DNA of 64,000 bases from Bacteroidales bacterium (GCA_033791445.1 JASJGS010000028.1:8636-72635), one strand, 5' to 3'. Counted from the first letter of the stretch, positions 1-11,794 are shown. A program made the numbers and translations. The notes: generated by a model from the letters alone, not told the origin.

Positions 1-2
1 CT

Positions 3-452
3 GGTAAGTGTATTCATGCATCTACTTGCTATGTGCAATTAATAGAAGTTTTCAATCCATCTAAAAGGCCTTGGGTAGATATGAATGGTGCTCCTACCCA
101 GAAGATCACTGAAATTACAAATAAATGTCCTACTGAGGCCCTAATGTGGAAATGGAATGATGATTCAAAAAATGAAGAGGTTCCTGAATCTGAAAAGAAT
201 CACATTAAAATCAGGAAACCTTATGAGTTTTATAAAAAACTGAATGAAGAAAAAAATAATGATAAAGAGAATGCGATAAATGTTCGGGTAATGAAAAACG
301 GACCATTAATTGCAGAAGGAGATTTTAAGGTGGTAAGTTCAGAGGGTGAGGAAATTAAAACAGGAAGTTTCACTTCCTTTTGTCGTTGTGGGCAATCAAA
401 TGCAATGCCTTTTTGTGATGGTATGCATAGAAAAATTGGATTTCAGGATTAA
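3..452 (+). CDS. Fe-S protein: N-terminal divergent 4Fe-4S (YjdI/Fer4_19-like) domain fused to a CDGSH domain; 5'-partial
   Basis: Frame is open from the window edge (GKCIHASTC..VFNPSKRPW..CPTEAL); C-terminal CRCGQSNAMPFCDGMH. Confidence 0.85.
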   Translation, partial: GKCIHASTCYVQLIEVFNPSKRPWVDMNGAPTQKITEITNKCPTEALMWKWNDDSKNEEVPESEKNHIKIRKPYEFYKKLNEEKNNDKENAINVRVMKNGPLIAEGDFKVVSSEGEEIKTGSFTSFCRCGQSNAMPFCDGMHRKIGFQD

Positions 453-457
453 CAATT

Positions 458-655
458 ATGGAAAAAGAGAGAAAACCTGCTGAATTCCTTGTGAAAGAAA
501 ATTCCTATATAAAAATCACAGGTAATTTTGTTTTAAAGGATGCTGAAGGAAATGAAATCCCAACCGGCAAAGAAGTGTATATTTGTAGATGTGGGGCTTC
601 AGAAAACATGCCATTTTGCGATGGAACTCATAAAAAAGTGGGAGTGAAAAAATAG
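458..655 (+). CDS. CDGSH iron-sulfur domain small protein
   Basis: ICRCGASENMPFCDGTH motif. Confidence 0.9.
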   Translation: MEKERKPAEFLVKENSYIKITGNFVLKDAEGNEIPTGKEVYICRCGASENMPFCDGTHKKVGVKK

Positions 656-669
656 TCTGATTAATTAAT

Positions 670-1929
670 ATGAGAAAACAAGTGGATATTGGCATTTACT
701 CTGAGACCGACATGCTCGACGCAGTAATTCTCCACACTCCCGGCCCGGAGGTAGAGAATATGAATCCTGAGAATGCCGAGCGTGCATTATATAGTGATAT
801 ATTAAATCTTTCAGTAGCAAGCAAAGAATACGAAGAGTTTCAAAAGGTTTTATCGGGAATCTCGAAAACTTTTGAGGTATATGATTTGTTGAAGGAGGTT
901 TTAGATATTCCTCCAGCCCGAGATGGACTTATTCAGAAAATTATATCGAATGAAAAGACAGGTGAAATAAGTCATCAACTTGAATCCCTGAGTAGTGAGG
1001 AATTGGCAAATATATTAATTCAAGGATTAACAAAACGTAATGATACTCTTACCAATTTCCTTTCTAAAGGCAGGTATAGTTTAAAACCTCTCCATAATTT
1101 CTTTTTTACCCGTGACTCTGCTTTTGTTAATGGGAGTAATATTTTTATTTCCAGTATGGCAAGTTCTGTTAGATCACGGGAAGCCCTGATTATGGAAATG
1201 ATATTTAATAATCATCCCATATTCAGGAAAGAAACCATTTGCCATTCAGATAATTTTAAGGATAATAAAAATATCTGTTTTGAAGGAGGAGATGTTATTA
1301 CAGCCCAGGAAGATATTTTAATTGTAGGAAAAGGAGTAAGAACTTCAACTCAAGGCATAGACTTTATTATTGAGCACCTGAAAAGCCAGGATAGAACTAA
1401 TCATCTCCTGATACAGGAGCTCCCTGCTGAGCCAGAATCATTCATTCATCTTGATATGGCATTTACGCTGCTTGATAAAAACCAATGCATGGTATTTGAG
1501 CCCTTAATTCTCAAAAACAATAAATTCAATACTGTTAAGATCACCATCGAAAACAAACAGGTAAAGAACATTGAATATGTTCCAAATTTAATAAAGGGAT
1601 TGAAAAGCGTTGGGATGGATCTGGAACCGGTTTTCTGTGGAGGAACCACAGATATGTGGATTCAGGAAAGGGAACAATGGCATAGCGGAGCGAACTTCTT
1701 TGCTGTCGGGCCGGGAAAGGTAATGGGATACGCAAGGAATGTGTATACAATGGAAGAGATGAATAAAAAAGGCTATGAAATCATCAATGCATCAGATATC
1801 CTCAACAAAAAGACAGATTTGAATGGACATAGTAAATATGTAATTGCGCTGGAAGGATCTGAGCTGGCTCGTGGTGGTGGTGGTGCCCGATGTATGACAA
1901 TGCCTATTGCCAGAACAATACAAGCCTAG
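670..1929 (+). CDS. arcA: Arginine deiminase
   Basis: FFTRD, FEGGD, HLD and GGGARCMTMP catalytic motifs; 419 aa. Confidence 0.88.
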   Translation: MRKQVDIGIYSETDMLDAVILHTPGPEVENMNPENAERALYSDILNLSVASKEYEEFQKVLSGISKTFEVYDLLKEVLDIPPARDGLIQKIISNEKTGEISHQLESLSSEELANILIQGLTKRNDTLTNFLSKGRYSLKPLHNFFFTRDSAFVNGSNIFISSMASSVRSREALIMEMIFNNHPIFRKETICHSDNFKDNKNICFEGGDVITAQEDILIVGKGVRTSTQGIDFIIEHLKSQDRTNHLLIQELPAEPESFIHLDMAFTLLDKNQCMVFEPLILKNNKFNTVKITIENKQVKNIEYVPNLIKGLKSVGMDLEPVFCGGTTDMWIQEREQWHSGANFFAVGPGKVMGYARNVYTMEEMNKKGYEIINASDILNKKTDLNGHSKYVIALEGSELARGGGGARCMTMPIARTIQA

Positions 1930-1983
1930 TTTGCTTATTAAAAGATCTGTACTTAGGGCCTGAGCTTTTTTAGCTATTTAGAA

Positions 1984-3171
1984 TTATACAAGTTCTTTCA
2001 CAAGATCTGCTGCTTCCTGAAGTGTGATTGCAGAAAATACCTTTAACCCAGATTCGTCTATCAACTCTTTTCCTTCTGCAGCATTTGTGCCTTGCAATCT
2101 CACAATAACCGGGATACTAATACTGCCCACTGATTCGTAGGCATCAACTACTCCCTGGGCCACCCTATCACATCTGACAATACCTCCAAAGATATTTATC
2201 AAGATGGCGCTAACATTAGGATCTTTTAAGATTATTCTAAAACCGGCTTCTACAGTTTCTGCATTTGCAGATCCTCCGACATCGAGGAAATTTGCAGGAT
2301 CACCCCCGGACAGCTTAATAATATCCATGGTTGCCATTGCCAGGCCAGCACCATTCACCATACAACCAACATTGCCATCCATTTTAATAAAATTCAGATC
2401 GTGCTTGCCGGCTTCAACCTCAGAAGGATCTTCCTCAGCAATATCTCTCATTTCAAGATAATCTTTATGCCTGTATAAGGCATTATCGTCCAGATTAACT
2501 TTACAATCAACAGCCAATATTTTATCATCTGAAGTCTTAAGAACCGGGTTTATCTCAAAAAGAGAACTATCGGTTTTATCATAGGCCGTGTAAAGGGCCA
2601 TGACAAACTTCACCATATCTTTAAACGCCGCTCCGGATAGGTTCAGATTAAAAGCAATTCTTCTGGCTTGAAAAGACATTATCCCAACCTTTGGATCAAT
2701 CTCCTCCTTATAAATAAGGTGTGGGGTCTCTTCAGCCACTGTTTCTATGTCAACACCACCTTCGGTTGAATACATAATGGTATTTCTTCCGGTTTCGCGG
2801 TTTAACAAAACACTCATATAATATTCTGCAAGTTCCTTCTCACCAGGATAAAATACATCTTCAGCAACCAGTACTTTATGAACAACTTTCCCCTCAGGTC
2901 CTGTTTGATGGGTGACCAGGTTCATGCCAATCATATTCTTTGCAATCTGCTTAACATCATCCAATGATTTAGCCAGCTTGACTCCTCCGCCTTTCCCTCT
3001 CCCTCCTGCATGAATTTGGGCTTTCAAGACCCAGATACCTGTACCTGTTTTCTTCTGAATTTCCTTAGCAGCTTCTACTGCTTTATCGGGAGTATCAGCA
3101 ACTATGCCTTCCTGAATTCTAACACCAAAACTTTTGAGTATCGATTTCCCCTGGTATTCATGTATGTTCAT
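1984..3171 (-). CDS. sucC: Succinate--CoA ligase beta subunit
   Basis: [45 protein letters not shown]. Confidence 0.97.
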   Translation of the reverse strand: MNIHEYQGKSILKSFGVRIQEGIVADTPDKAVEAAKEIQKKTGTGIWVLKAQIHAGGRGKGGGVKLAKSLDDVKQIAKNMIGMNLVTHQTGPEGKVVHKVLVAEDVFYPGEKELAEYYMSVLLNRETGRNTIMYSTEGGVDIETVAEETPHLIYKEEIDPKVGIMSFQARRIAFNLNLSGAAFKDMVKFVMALYTAYDKTDSSLFEINPVLKTSDDKILAVDCKVNLDDNALYRHKDYLEMRDIAEEDPSEVEAGKHDLNFIKMDGNVGCMVNGAGLAMATMDIIKLSGGDPANFLDVGGSANAETVEAGFRIILKDPNVSAILINIFGGIVRCDRVAQGVVDAYESVGSISIPVIVRLQGTNAAEGKELIDESGLKVFSAITLQEAADLVKELV

Positions 3172-3414
3172 GATTGTGTTTTTTATTTTAAAAACTTAAA
3201 AATAGTTCTTTTTTCATATTAATTCAAGTTGAATGAGACCTTAATATGCTATTTTTAATATAAATTTCAATACTCATACCTGACTGGCGTTTCGCATCTT
3301 ACCTACACAGTAAAACTTCAAGATTGTAAATAAATCCTTTGATATTCCTTAAAGGCTATTTGGAGATCAACTCAGTTGGTCTTTTTTTCTAATTTTGTGT
3401 AGAATATAAATATC

Positions 3415-3948
3415 ATGAGAAAGCTGTTAAACTCCGAATTAAACCGAAAGTCAATTGATGATTTTAGGGATGCTAAGAAAATCCCGGTTGTTATTGTGCT
3501 TGATAATGTTCGAAGCATGAACAACATTGGTTCTATTTTTAGAACGGCAGATGCTTTTCTTATTAAATCGATTTATTTGTGTGGTATTACAGCCACTCCT
3601 CCACATCGTGATATTCAAAAAACTGCCCTGGGTGCTACTGATTCTGTTAGCTGGAAATATTTTAAGGAAACAAAACAGGCTATTGAAGAATTGAAAAGTG
3701 ATGGGTTCAAAATATGTTCTTTGGAACAAGTTGATAGCTCAATTTCTCTTATGGATTTCACTCCTGAACCAGGAGAAAATATAGCTTTTGTTTTTGGTCA
3801 TGAAATAAAAGGAGTGGGTCAGGAAATAGTAAATATGAGTGACCTATCAATAGAGATTCCCCAATTGGGCACAAAGCATTCCTTCAATATTTCTATTAGC
3901 ACAGGAATAGTCTTATGGGATTATTTCATTAAAATCAAAAAAAAATAG
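3415..3948 (+). CDS. SpoU/TrmH-family RNA methyltransferase
   Basis: LDNVRSMNNIGSIFRTADAF, FGHEIKGV, IPQLGTKHSFN. Confidence 0.9.
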   Translation: MRKLLNSELNRKSIDDFRDAKKIPVVIVLDNVRSMNNIGSIFRTADAFLIKSIYLCGITATPPHRDIQKTALGATDSVSWKYFKETKQAIEELKSDGFKICSLEQVDSSISLMDFTPEPGENIAFVFGHEIKGVGQEIVNMSDLSIEIPQLGTKHSFNISISTGIVLWDYFIKIKKK

Positions 3949-3970
3949 GCACCGGAATCGATGCCTATTT
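3943..3970. terminator. Bidirectional intrinsic terminator between convergent genes
   Basis: aaataggca...tgcctattt stem with A/T flanks. Confidence 0.65.
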
Positions 3971-3991
3971 AAATGTTTTGATAAATATCTC

Positions 3992-5710
3992 TTATTGTAC
4001 TAAGGCCTTGAAACTATCGTCCTCGAAATATTTTCCGAATACCATATCAGTTGCCAGTACTTCTTTAAGATCAGGATTGATTTCAATAGCCTTTCTAAGA
4101 CCAGTCCACATGTAGGTTTCATCATCTAAATAAACTCCAGTAATCCCTTTAAGGTAATGAACCTTGCAAGATTTAGAATCTCCCATACCATCAAGCATGG
4201 ATTTTGCACCCTGATAATCCTTATTTAGAATTTTTGTAAGTGCGGCATTGTAAGATGGGGCAGTACCAAAATAATTAGTAGCTGCCTGGTAATCGCCATC
4301 CATAATGGCAAGTACACCTAAACCATCATTTGTTTCTTTACCAGGATTGGATACAGATGTGAAATAATCCTTAGCCTTATCATAATTTTCCAGCATCATA
4401 CTTGCCCATCCAAGGTTATTCTTTACAGCATCGTTGTCATATAAAGATTGTGCTTTCTCAAAAGCAGCTATTGCACCTTCATATTCACCTTCATCCATAG
4501 CAACATAACCTATGTTGTTAGCAGCTCTTACACATTTTGGATATCTTTCAAGAGCATACTTATAGATTTTCGCCTTTTTAGCATTATCGTCTATAAGTGT
4601 CCCTGCATAAAGAATTTCCTCAAGGCCTAAGGTATCAGGTTTTGAAGAAATATATTTTACAATTTCCTCATCGGAGAATCCAATTTTATTAATATTCACC
4701 TGGATCTTTGATCTTCTAAGTTGTGGAAGAACATCTTTTGCAACCTGCTCATAAGCTGAAGAAATATTTTTAATTTCTCTTTCCCTTACAACTGGATCTG
4801 AGTACATTGAAAGTACACGAAGAATAAGTTCTTTATCCTGAATGTCAGATTCAGCCATTAACTTCTGGAACCCTTCCCAGTCCTCAGCAGTTACTTTTGT
4901 AGTAAGGAAGCCATCTTTTTTAGCATCATCAACTTTTGCACGACTAAGTTCTCTTTCAAAATACTTCTTTGAGGTAACACCACGCTTTTCTGAGAGCTTC
5001 TCATTGAAATTAAGTTCTCCATCAGGTGAAGCATAAGATGAAATTTCAGTTCCAACGAACTCAAGATTATCAGCAGCTTTTACTTCCTTCAGATAATCTT
5101 TGATCATTTTGACATCTTCTGACTTCAGCTGTGAACTGCGGACATCAGAACGGTTGATCAGGTACATAATATCAGCCATCTTAGAATCAGCAATAATTCT
5201 CTGAAACTTATCAGGCATAAGAATGGGTTCGTCATGTTTCATGACATAAGTTGATGTTGCAATAACACCATCGGCAACTTTCATATCATCGAAGTAAGCC
5301 TCTTTCTTATCCCCAATAGAAGCTTTTACGCGAAGTACCAAATCGGATATCCTCATATCATCTGAGAAATCCACTTTATCTGCATAACTAAAGCTACCAC
5401 CTTCATAGGTTATTACTTTATAGTTCTCCTGAACCTTCTCACCTTGTACCTCAATCGGATCGAAGGCTGTTTCACCACCTTCGTATACCAAAACTGGGGT
5501 AATTTGTACTACTGATTTCTTATTTAAATACTTTTCAGGGAATGTACCAGTTATAGATACGGCTACTTCACCTCCCTTTTCCTCAAGAACTTCCGGAACA
5601 ACTTTATAAACTACATCCGCATGGTTCTTTTTCATTTTTTCCAGACTGTTACAACTACTCAGGGCAAAAACAGCAAGAACAATGAGTGCTAAAAATTTAG
5701 ACTTTTTCAT
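3992..5710 (-). CDS. Conserved Bacteroidota lipoprotein with an OmpA-like domain and C-terminal TPR repeats
   Basis: Lipobox LSSC; ASPDG..N..LS..R motif; TPR-like helices (AANNIG, NNLG). Confidence 0.8.
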   Translation of the reverse strand: MKKSKFLALIVLAVFALSSCNSLEKMKKNHADVVYKVVPEVLEEKGGEVAVSITGTFPEKYLNKKSVVQITPVLVYEGGETAFDPIEVQGEKVQENYKVITYEGGSFSYADKVDFSDDMRISDLVLRVKASIGDKKEAYFDDMKVADGVIATSTYVMKHDEPILMPDKFQRIIADSKMADIMYLINRSDVRSSQLKSEDVKMIKDYLKEVKAADNLEFVGTEISSYASPDGELNFNEKLSEKRGVTSKKYFERELSRAKVDDAKKDGFLTTKVTAEDWEGFQKLMAESDIQDKELILRVLSMYSDPVVREREIKNISSAYEQVAKDVLPQLRRSKIQVNINKIGFSDEEIVKYISSKPDTLGLEEILYAGTLIDDNAKKAKIYKYALERYPKCVRAANNIGYVAMDEGEYEGAIAAFEKAQSLYDNDAVKNNLGWASMMLENYDKAKDYFTSVSNPGKETNDGLGVLAIMDGDYQAATNYFGTAPSYNAALTKILNKDYQGAKSMLDGMGDSKSCKVHYLKGITGVYLDDETYMWTGLRKAIEINPDLKEVLATDMVFGKYFEDDSFKALVQ

Positions 5711-5818
5711 AATTAATTGGTTATGTGTTAAAACTAGCTTTTTGATTCTTAATTAGATTCAGCTACAAAACTAATACATTTTCAAAATAAAAAAAACATC
5801 AACACTAATATTTTGCAG

Positions 5819-6457
5819 CTATTCCAATATTATTCTATTTATCCCAGAACGGTGTTTCTCATCGAAAATTGCCCTTTTAATTTTCTCATAATCAAGATTA
5901 TTGGAAACAAAGTCAATTTCGTTTATATCCAATACAAGATAAGTAGTATTGGGATTCTGCCGAAAGAACTCAAAATATCCATTCTGGATACCCTCCAGAT
6001 AGTCTGATTTTATTTCTTTTTCGTAACTCCGCCCCCTTTTTTGAATGTTGTTTAAGAGGTTCTCAACATTTACATGCAAATAAATGTAAAGATCAGGTTT
6101 TGGAAGAGATTCATATATTATCATAAATAACTGCCGGTAAAGCTTATATTCATCATCTTTCAGAGTTGAGCCAGCAAAAATTAATGATTTCATGAAATAA
6201 TAATCGGCTACAATAAAAGAATAGAACAGGTCAGGATTGACCATATCCTTCTTTAATTGCCTATATCTGTCCGCCAGGAAAGACAGTTCGAGCTGAAAAG
6301 AATACTTATCAGGTTCTTTATAAAATTTCGGCAAAAAGGGATTGTCTGCAAACTGTTCAAGTACCAGCTTTGCATTATATTCAGCTGCAATTTTCTTTGC
6401 AAGTGAAGTCTTACCAGCTCCAATATTCCCTTCTATTACAATGTAATTATATTTCAC
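5819..6457 (-). CDS. Deoxynucleoside kinase
   Basis: IEGNIGAGKTS P-loop, NPFLPKFY, PDLYIYL, RGRSYE; GTG start. Confidence 0.9.
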   Translation of the reverse strand: MKYNYIVIEGNIGAGKTSLAKKIAAEYNAKLVLEQFADNPFLPKFYKEPDKYSFQLELSFLADRYRQLKKDMVNPDLFYSFIVADYYFMKSLIFAGSTLKDDEYKLYRQLFMIIYESLPKPDLYIYLHVNVENLLNNIQKRGRSYEKEIKSDYLEGIQNGYFEFFRQNPNTTYLVLDINEIDFVSNNLDYEKIKRAIFDEKHRSGINRIILE

Positions 6458-6496
6458 TAGCTAAAACAAGCAAATGCCTAATAATTTAATTCAACT

Positions 6497-8614
6497 CTAA
6501 TACTTGGGTGTAACTCCAATGTTGTAAAATGCAAAAGAATACAAATCAGCTGCCTCTTCAATCCTTTTTGATGTTGGTTTTCCCCCACCATGACCAGCTT
6601 TAGTTTCGATTCTGATCATTACCGGGTTCTTTCCATTGTATTTATCCTGCAAAGTTGCACTATATTTGAAGGAATGGGCTGGAACTACACGGTCATCATG
6701 ATCAGCTGTAGTAACCATCACCGCGGGATATTTTAGTCCACTTTCAATATTATGAAGTGGAGAATATCCATACAGGTATTCAAACATTTCTTGGCTATCG
6801 GCGCTTGTTCCATAGTCTACTGCCCAGTAGCGACCAATAGTAAAATCCTGATAACGAAGCATGTCCATTACACCAACAGCAGGAAAAGCCACCTTAAACA
6901 TCTCAGGTTCCTGGTTTATTACTGCACCAATAAGTAAGCCTCCATTTGAACCTCCCTGAACACAAAGTTTTTGCGATGATGTATATCCCTTATCGATCAA
7001 ATACTTTCCTGCATAAATAAAATCATCGAAGACATTCTGCTTATTTAGCTTTGTACCAGCCTGATGCCATTCTTCACCGTATTCTCCACCCCCACGCAAA
7101 TTTGCAACAGCATATACACCTCCATTCTCAAGCCATATGAGGCGGCTTACATTAAATCCAGGAGTAATACTTATATTGAAACCTCCATATCCATAGAGTA
7201 ATGTGGGATTATCCCCGTTTAAATCCAGTCCTTTCTTGTGTACAATGAACATGGGTATTTTTGTTCCATCCTTACTTTCATAAAACACCTGATTTGTTTC
7301 ATATTGTGATGCATCAAAATCTAAAGTAGGTTCCCAGTAAAGGCTGGTTTTATTTTCATTAATATCATATTTAAAAACAACCCCTGGATAATTGTAGGAA
7401 GAAAAGGAGAAAAAGGCAATATTTTCATCTTTTTCGGCCTGAATTCCTCCTACTGAGCCAATAGTTGGCAATTCCACGTCATGTATATATTTTCCTTCAA
7501 TATCGTATATTTCCACATTACTTCTGGCATCTTTTAAATACTTTGCAATAATTCTGCCACCTCCGAAAGTTATACTTTCAAGAACATCTTCCTTTTCAGG
7601 AATCAGGTCATTCCATTCAGCTGGATCAGGGTTAGCAGGGTCTACTGATATAATTTTATATTTTGGAGCCTTATAATCAGTCATAATAATTAGTTTACCA
7701 TCAATATGATCGATTACAGAGAAATTGTTTTCAAAACCATCCATAAGCTTTATCCAATCGGCATTCTCATCTTCAAGACTTTTGAAATACAGGGCATTCC
7801 CACTTGTTGATTCTGTAACAGAAAGGAATATATACTTTTCATCTTCGGTAACATTTATCCCATAACCCCAGTCAGGATGATCAGCATCTTTGTATACAAG
7901 TTTATCCAATTCCTGTGAGGTTCCAGCTTTGTGGTAATATACCATGCTATTAATATTTTCGGCTTTTAAGATATCTCCGTCTTCAGGCGCAGGATAACGA
8001 GTATAAAAAAAACCGTCCTTAAACCAGGATATTCCTGAAAACTTTGCCCACATAATATGATCAGGGAGCACTTCACCCGTTTCAATGTTTTTAACAAATA
8101 GTTCTCGCCAGTCAGATCCAGCCCTAGAAATTCCATAACCAAGATATTTCCCATCTTTTGAAACAGAAAACGCATTCAGAGCAACCGTTCCATCCTCAGA
8201 TAACTTATTTGGATCGAGGAACAACTCAGGCTCACTATCCAGATCATTCATAATGTAAAATACACCCTGATTTTGCAAACCATCATTTTTCGAGATAAAA
8301 TAATGCCCCCCTTCTTTCCATGGGGTAGAGACCTTTTCATAATCCCAAATTTCCGTTAAGCGATCCTTTATTTTATTCTTGTAAGGAATTGCATTCAAAT
8401 ATGAAAATGTCACTTCATTCTGGGCTTTAACCCAGGCCATTGTCTCCTCAGAGTTATCGTCTTCAAGCCAACGGTAAGGATCGGACACATCTGTACCAAA
8501 ATAGGTATCCACCTGGTCAACTTTTTCTGCAACCGGATAATTAAACCCTGATTGCTGACAACTCCAGAGCTGGACAAAAACTACAGCAAATAAAAAAATC
8601 CAAATTCGTTTCAT
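6497..8614 (-). CDS. Prolyl oligopeptidase (S9A), lipoprotein
   Basis: DPYRWLED, GGSNGG, DHDDRV, AGHG triad motifs; lipobox LWSC. Confidence 0.95.
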   Translation of the reverse strand: MKRIWIFLFAVVFVQLWSCQQSGFNYPVAEKVDQVDTYFGTDVSDPYRWLEDDNSEETMAWVKAQNEVTFSYLNAIPYKNKIKDRLTEIWDYEKVSTPWKEGGHYFISKNDGLQNQGVFYIMNDLDSEPELFLDPNKLSEDGTVALNAFSVSKDGKYLGYGISRAGSDWRELFVKNIETGEVLPDHIMWAKFSGISWFKDGFFYTRYPAPEDGDILKAENINSMVYYHKAGTSQELDKLVYKDADHPDWGYGINVTEDEKYIFLSVTESTSGNALYFKSLEDENADWIKLMDGFENNFSVIDHIDGKLIIMTDYKAPKYKIISVDPANPDPAEWNDLIPEKEDVLESITFGGGRIIAKYLKDARSNVEIYDIEGKYIHDVELPTIGSVGGIQAEKDENIAFFSFSSYNYPGVVFKYDINENKTSLYWEPTLDFDASQYETNQVFYESKDGTKIPMFIVHKKGLDLNGDNPTLLYGYGGFNISITPGFNVSRLIWLENGGVYAVANLRGGGEYGEEWHQAGTKLNKQNVFDDFIYAGKYLIDKGYTSSQKLCVQGGSNGGLLIGAVINQEPEMFKVAFPAVGVMDMLRYQDFTIGRYWAVDYGTSADSQEMFEYLYGYSPLHNIESGLKYPAVMVTTADHDDRVVPAHSFKYSATLQDKYNGKNPVMIRIETKAGHGGGKPTSKRIEEAADLYSFAFYNIGVTPKY

Positions 8615-8636
8615 AACAATTAAATTTAGTTGATTT

Positions 8637-9140
8637 TTAATAAAGTCTTTTATTTAATTCTCTCACCATATTATCTTTTCGATTTCCAATCAAACGCCCA
8701 ACAAACAAACCTAGAAAACCAGAAAGCATCAAGCCCATACCAGCATTAAGGAACAAATCCCCTGGTTGAAATAATACATACCATATCAATACACCCATTA
8801 CAAGTCCTACTACCATTCCAATAAGTGTATAAAGAGAAGAATAGTATTGAGGATATACCAGGTGATGCTTGGACTTCAGGTGATCCGTCATTTTCCTAAA
8901 CAAATGTATATATATCTGGAAGGAAACTTCAGTTAGCTGCGATTCATTTTTAAGTTTAATCATTACATCATTCACCTCCGCTTTGAGCTCCTTGCATGAT
9001 CGGCAAGAATTTTCATACTCTTCAATCCTTGCAGCCATTTTTATAAAGCGGTCAGGACGATAAGACCTCAATTGAAAGCCGGTAAACTTTTCACCCTGAA
9101 AAACTACTTCAATTTCTTTAAGCCAAGCCGTAAGTTCCAT
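8637..9140 (-). CDS. Hypothetical membrane protein (two C-terminal TM helices, CxxC)
   Basis: 167-aa ORF co-oriented with its neighbours; Gly-rich hydrophobic segments. Confidence 0.7.
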   Translation of the reverse strand: MELTAWLKEIEVVFQGEKFTGFQLRSYRPDRFIKMAARIEEYENSCRSCKELKAEVNDVMIKLKNESQLTEVSFQIYIHLFRKMTDHLKSKHHLVYPQYYSSLYTLIGMVVGLVMGVLIWYVLFQPGDLFLNAGMGLMLSGFLGLFVGRLIGNRKDNMVRELNKRLY

Positions 9141-9218
9141 TAAAAAACAAGTTACAAAGTATAAAATTAATTAGAAAATAGTACAATAAAGTATGCTTCA
9201 CATTTACCATACTAACAC

Positions 9219-9245
9219 AAAAAAAGGCCAAACTAATGGCCTTTC
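9219..9245 (-). terminator. Intrinsic terminator of pnp
   Basis: aaaggcca-loop-tggccttt with a U-tract on the minus strand. Confidence 0.7.
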
Positions 9246-9281
9246 AAAATTATTTCGATATAAGATATTAACTATTTATTA

Positions 9282-11405
9282 CTAGTTCTTTTCAGGTCGT
9301 GGTAATAATACTTTACGTGATAATCTCATTTTATTAGTCTTTTCATCCAGTCCAATCAATTTTACTTCTACCTCTTCTCCTTCTTTCAGAACTTCATCAA
9401 CTGATTGCAACCTTCTCCATTCAATTTCAGAGATATGAAGCAGACCTTCCTTACCAGGTAAAACTTCAATAAAGGCACCAAAAGGTGTTATAGATTTCAC
9501 TTTCCCTTTGTACACTTCGCCTACTTCTGGCATAGCTACAATTAGATTGATTTTTTGAAGGGCCTGGTCAATAGCATCTTTATCATCAGCAAAAACATCA
9601 ACAATACCTAGGTTGCCTACCTCTTCAACCACAATAGTAGATCCTGTATCCTTTTGAATCTCCTGAATAACCTTTCCCCCAGGGCCAATCAGCGCACCAA
9701 TAAGATCCTTAGGAATGGTAATCTGAACAATTCTTGGTGCATGAGGTTTAAGATCAGGTCTTGGCTCAGGAATAGTTTCCAACATTTTATCCAAAATATG
9801 TAATCTGCCTTCTTTTGCCTGTTCCAAAGCCTCCGCCAGAACGTCATATGAAAGTCCATCTACCTTAATATCCATTTGAGTAGCAGTGATACCATTCTTT
9901 GTACCTGTTACTTTAAAATCCATATCACCCAGGTGATCTTCATCACCCAGAATATCAGATAATACCGCATATTTGCCTGCCTCTGTATCAGCAATTAATC
10001 CCATAGCAATACCTGAAACAGCTTCTTTAATTTGAATACCTGTATCCATAAGAGCTAAAGAGCCAGCACAAACGGTAGCCATTGATGAGGATCCATTAGA
10101 TTCCAGGATATCAGACACAACCCTGATTGCGTATGGATTTTCTGTTCCCTGAGGAATCATGTTTTTTAATGCCCGATGGGCTAGGTTTCCATGCCCTACT
10201 TCTCTACGGCTTACGCCTCTGTATGGACGGGCATCACCAGTTGAAAATGACGGGAAGTTATAATGAAGTACGAATTTTTCTGATCGCTGTGATAATACAT
10301 CATCAATTTTCTTTTCATCAAGCTTGGTACCTAATGTTACTGTAGTTAATGATTGCGTTTCACCTCTTGTAAAAACTGACGAGCCATGAGGTGCAGGCAA
10401 ATAGTCAACCTCACACCAAATAGGTCTAATCTCATCTGTATTTCTTCCATCGAGTCTTTTTCTCTCATTTAAAACCATATTTCTTATGGCATCTTTCTCA
10501 ACATCATGAAAATACCTTCCAACCAGACCTTCATCCACTCCATCTTCATCGGTATATTGAGAGAGAAACTCCTCTTTAACGGAAGCAAAACCTGCAGATC
10601 TTTCGTGCTTTGAAGGATTTTGCTTCATTGCAACCGCATATACCTTATCATAGGTTTCCTTACGAACTTTTTCTTTCAGATCTTCATCATTATGCTCATG
10701 GCAATATTCCCTCCGTCCGGGATTGACTTCGGCTGCCATCTCAATCTGAGCCTGACACTGCTTTTTAATTGCCTCGTGGGCAAATTTAATAGCTTCCAAC
10801 ATATCGGCTTCAGCAACTTCTTTCATTTCTCCTTCCACCATAAGAATATTATCTATAGTGGCTCCAACCATCATCTCTAAATCGGCATCTTCGAGTTCTG
10901 TTACAGTTGGATTAATCTTAAATTCACCTTCAATCCTGGCAACTCTTACTTCTGAAATGGGTCCGTTAAACGGAATGTCAGAAACAGCTAATGCTGCAGA
11001 GGCTGCCAATCCAGCTAAAGCATCAGGCAAAATTTCCTTATCTGCTGAAATCAAACTGATATTCACAAAAGTATCAGCGTGATAATCTTCAGGGAACAAA
11101 GGACGCAAAGCCCTATCAACCATTCGTGCTATTAACACTTCATAATCTGATGGACGAGCTTCTCTTTTAAGAAAACCTCCAGGGAACCTACCCAGTGAGG
11201 CATACTTTTCTTTATAATCAACAGATAATGGCATGAAATCAACATTTTCTTTTGCTTCACTTGCTGACACAACTGCAGCTAACAGAATAGTTTTTCCCAT
11301 TTTCACTACCACTGAACCATCAGCTTGTTTGGCCAATTTACCAGTTTCAATGGTAATACTCCTACCATCACCTAAATCAATAGTTTTTTCAATTACTTTG
11401 TACAT
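9282..11405 (-). CDS. pnp: Polyribonucleotide nucleotidyltransferase
   Basis: RNase PH domains ([22 protein letters not shown]), KH and S1 domains; likely ATG at 11405. Confidence 0.97.
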   Translation of the reverse strand: MYKVIEKTIDLGDGRSITIETGKLAKQADGSVVVKMGKTILLAAVVSASEAKENVDFMPLSVDYKEKYASLGRFPGGFLKREARPSDYEVLIARMVDRALRPLFPEDYHADTFVNISLISADKEILPDALAGLAASAALAVSDIPFNGPISEVRVARIEGEFKINPTVTELEDADLEMMVGATIDNILMVEGEMKEVAEADMLEAIKFAHEAIKKQCQAQIEMAAEVNPGRREYCHEHNDEDLKEKVRKETYDKVYAVAMKQNPSKHERSAGFASVKEEFLSQYTDEDGVDEGLVGRYFHDVEKDAIRNMVLNERKRLDGRNTDEIRPIWCEVDYLPAPHGSSVFTRGETQSLTTVTLGTKLDEKKIDDVLSQRSEKFVLHYNFPSFSTGDARPYRGVSRREVGHGNLAHRALKNMIPQGTENPYAIRVVSDILESNGSSSMATVCAGSLALMDTGIQIKEAVSGIAMGLIADTEAGKYAVLSDILGDEDHLGDMDFKVTGTKNGITATQMDIKVDGLSYDVLAEALEQAKEGRLHILDKMLETIPEPRPDLKPHAPRIVQITIPKDLIGALIGPGGKVIQEIQKDTGSTIVVEEVGNLGIVDVFADDKDAIDQALQKINLIVAMPEVGEVYKGKVKSITPFGAFIEVLPGKEGLLHISEIEWRRLQSVDEVLKEGEEVEVKLIGLDEKTNKMRLSRKVLLPRPEKN

Positions 11406-11453
11406 TTTTTTCTTTCGTTTATTTTTTCTAATTTCTATGGAACCATTTTTTAC

Positions 11454-11480
11454 AAAAAAAGGCAACTAAATTGCCTTTTC
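11454..11480 (-). terminator. Terminator between rpsO and pnp
   Basis: aaaaggcaa-loop-ttgcctttt with a U-tract on the minus strand. Confidence 0.7.
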
Positions 11481-11483
11481 TGC

Positions 11484-11753
11484 TTATCTCCGTAATTTTA
11501 ATGCCTTTACTATGGCACGGTATCTTTCAATATCCCTCTTTTTAAGATAATCAAGAAGGCTTCTTCTTTTCCCAACCAGCTTTAGCAAAGCCCTTTGGGT
11601 GCTAAAATCTTTTTTGTTTACTTTTAAATGTTCTGTCAAATGAGCAATTCTGTATGTAAACAAAGCTATTTGACTTTCAGAAACACCGGTATTAGTTGCC
11701 GATTTTCCATGCTTTTTAAAAATTTCTTCTTTCTTTTCTCCCGTTAAATACAT
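11484..11753 (-). CDS. rpsO: 30S ribosomal protein S15
   Basis: TG.SE.QIA, HLTEHL, LVGKRRSLLDYL; upstream of pnp. Confidence 0.98.
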   Translation of the reverse strand: MYLTGEKKEEIFKKHGKSATNTGVSESQIALFTYRIAHLTEHLKVNKKDFSTQRALLKLVGKRRSLLDYLKKRDIERYRAIVKALKLRR

Positions 11754-11794
11754 AACAATGATAATATATTATAAACTCACCTGATTTTTAAAGA

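Noticed and set aside
11406..11465. N-terminal extension of Pnp given in the ORF track
   Set aside because: It starts at a TTG inside the rpsO terminator; the conserved sequence begins at ATG 11405.
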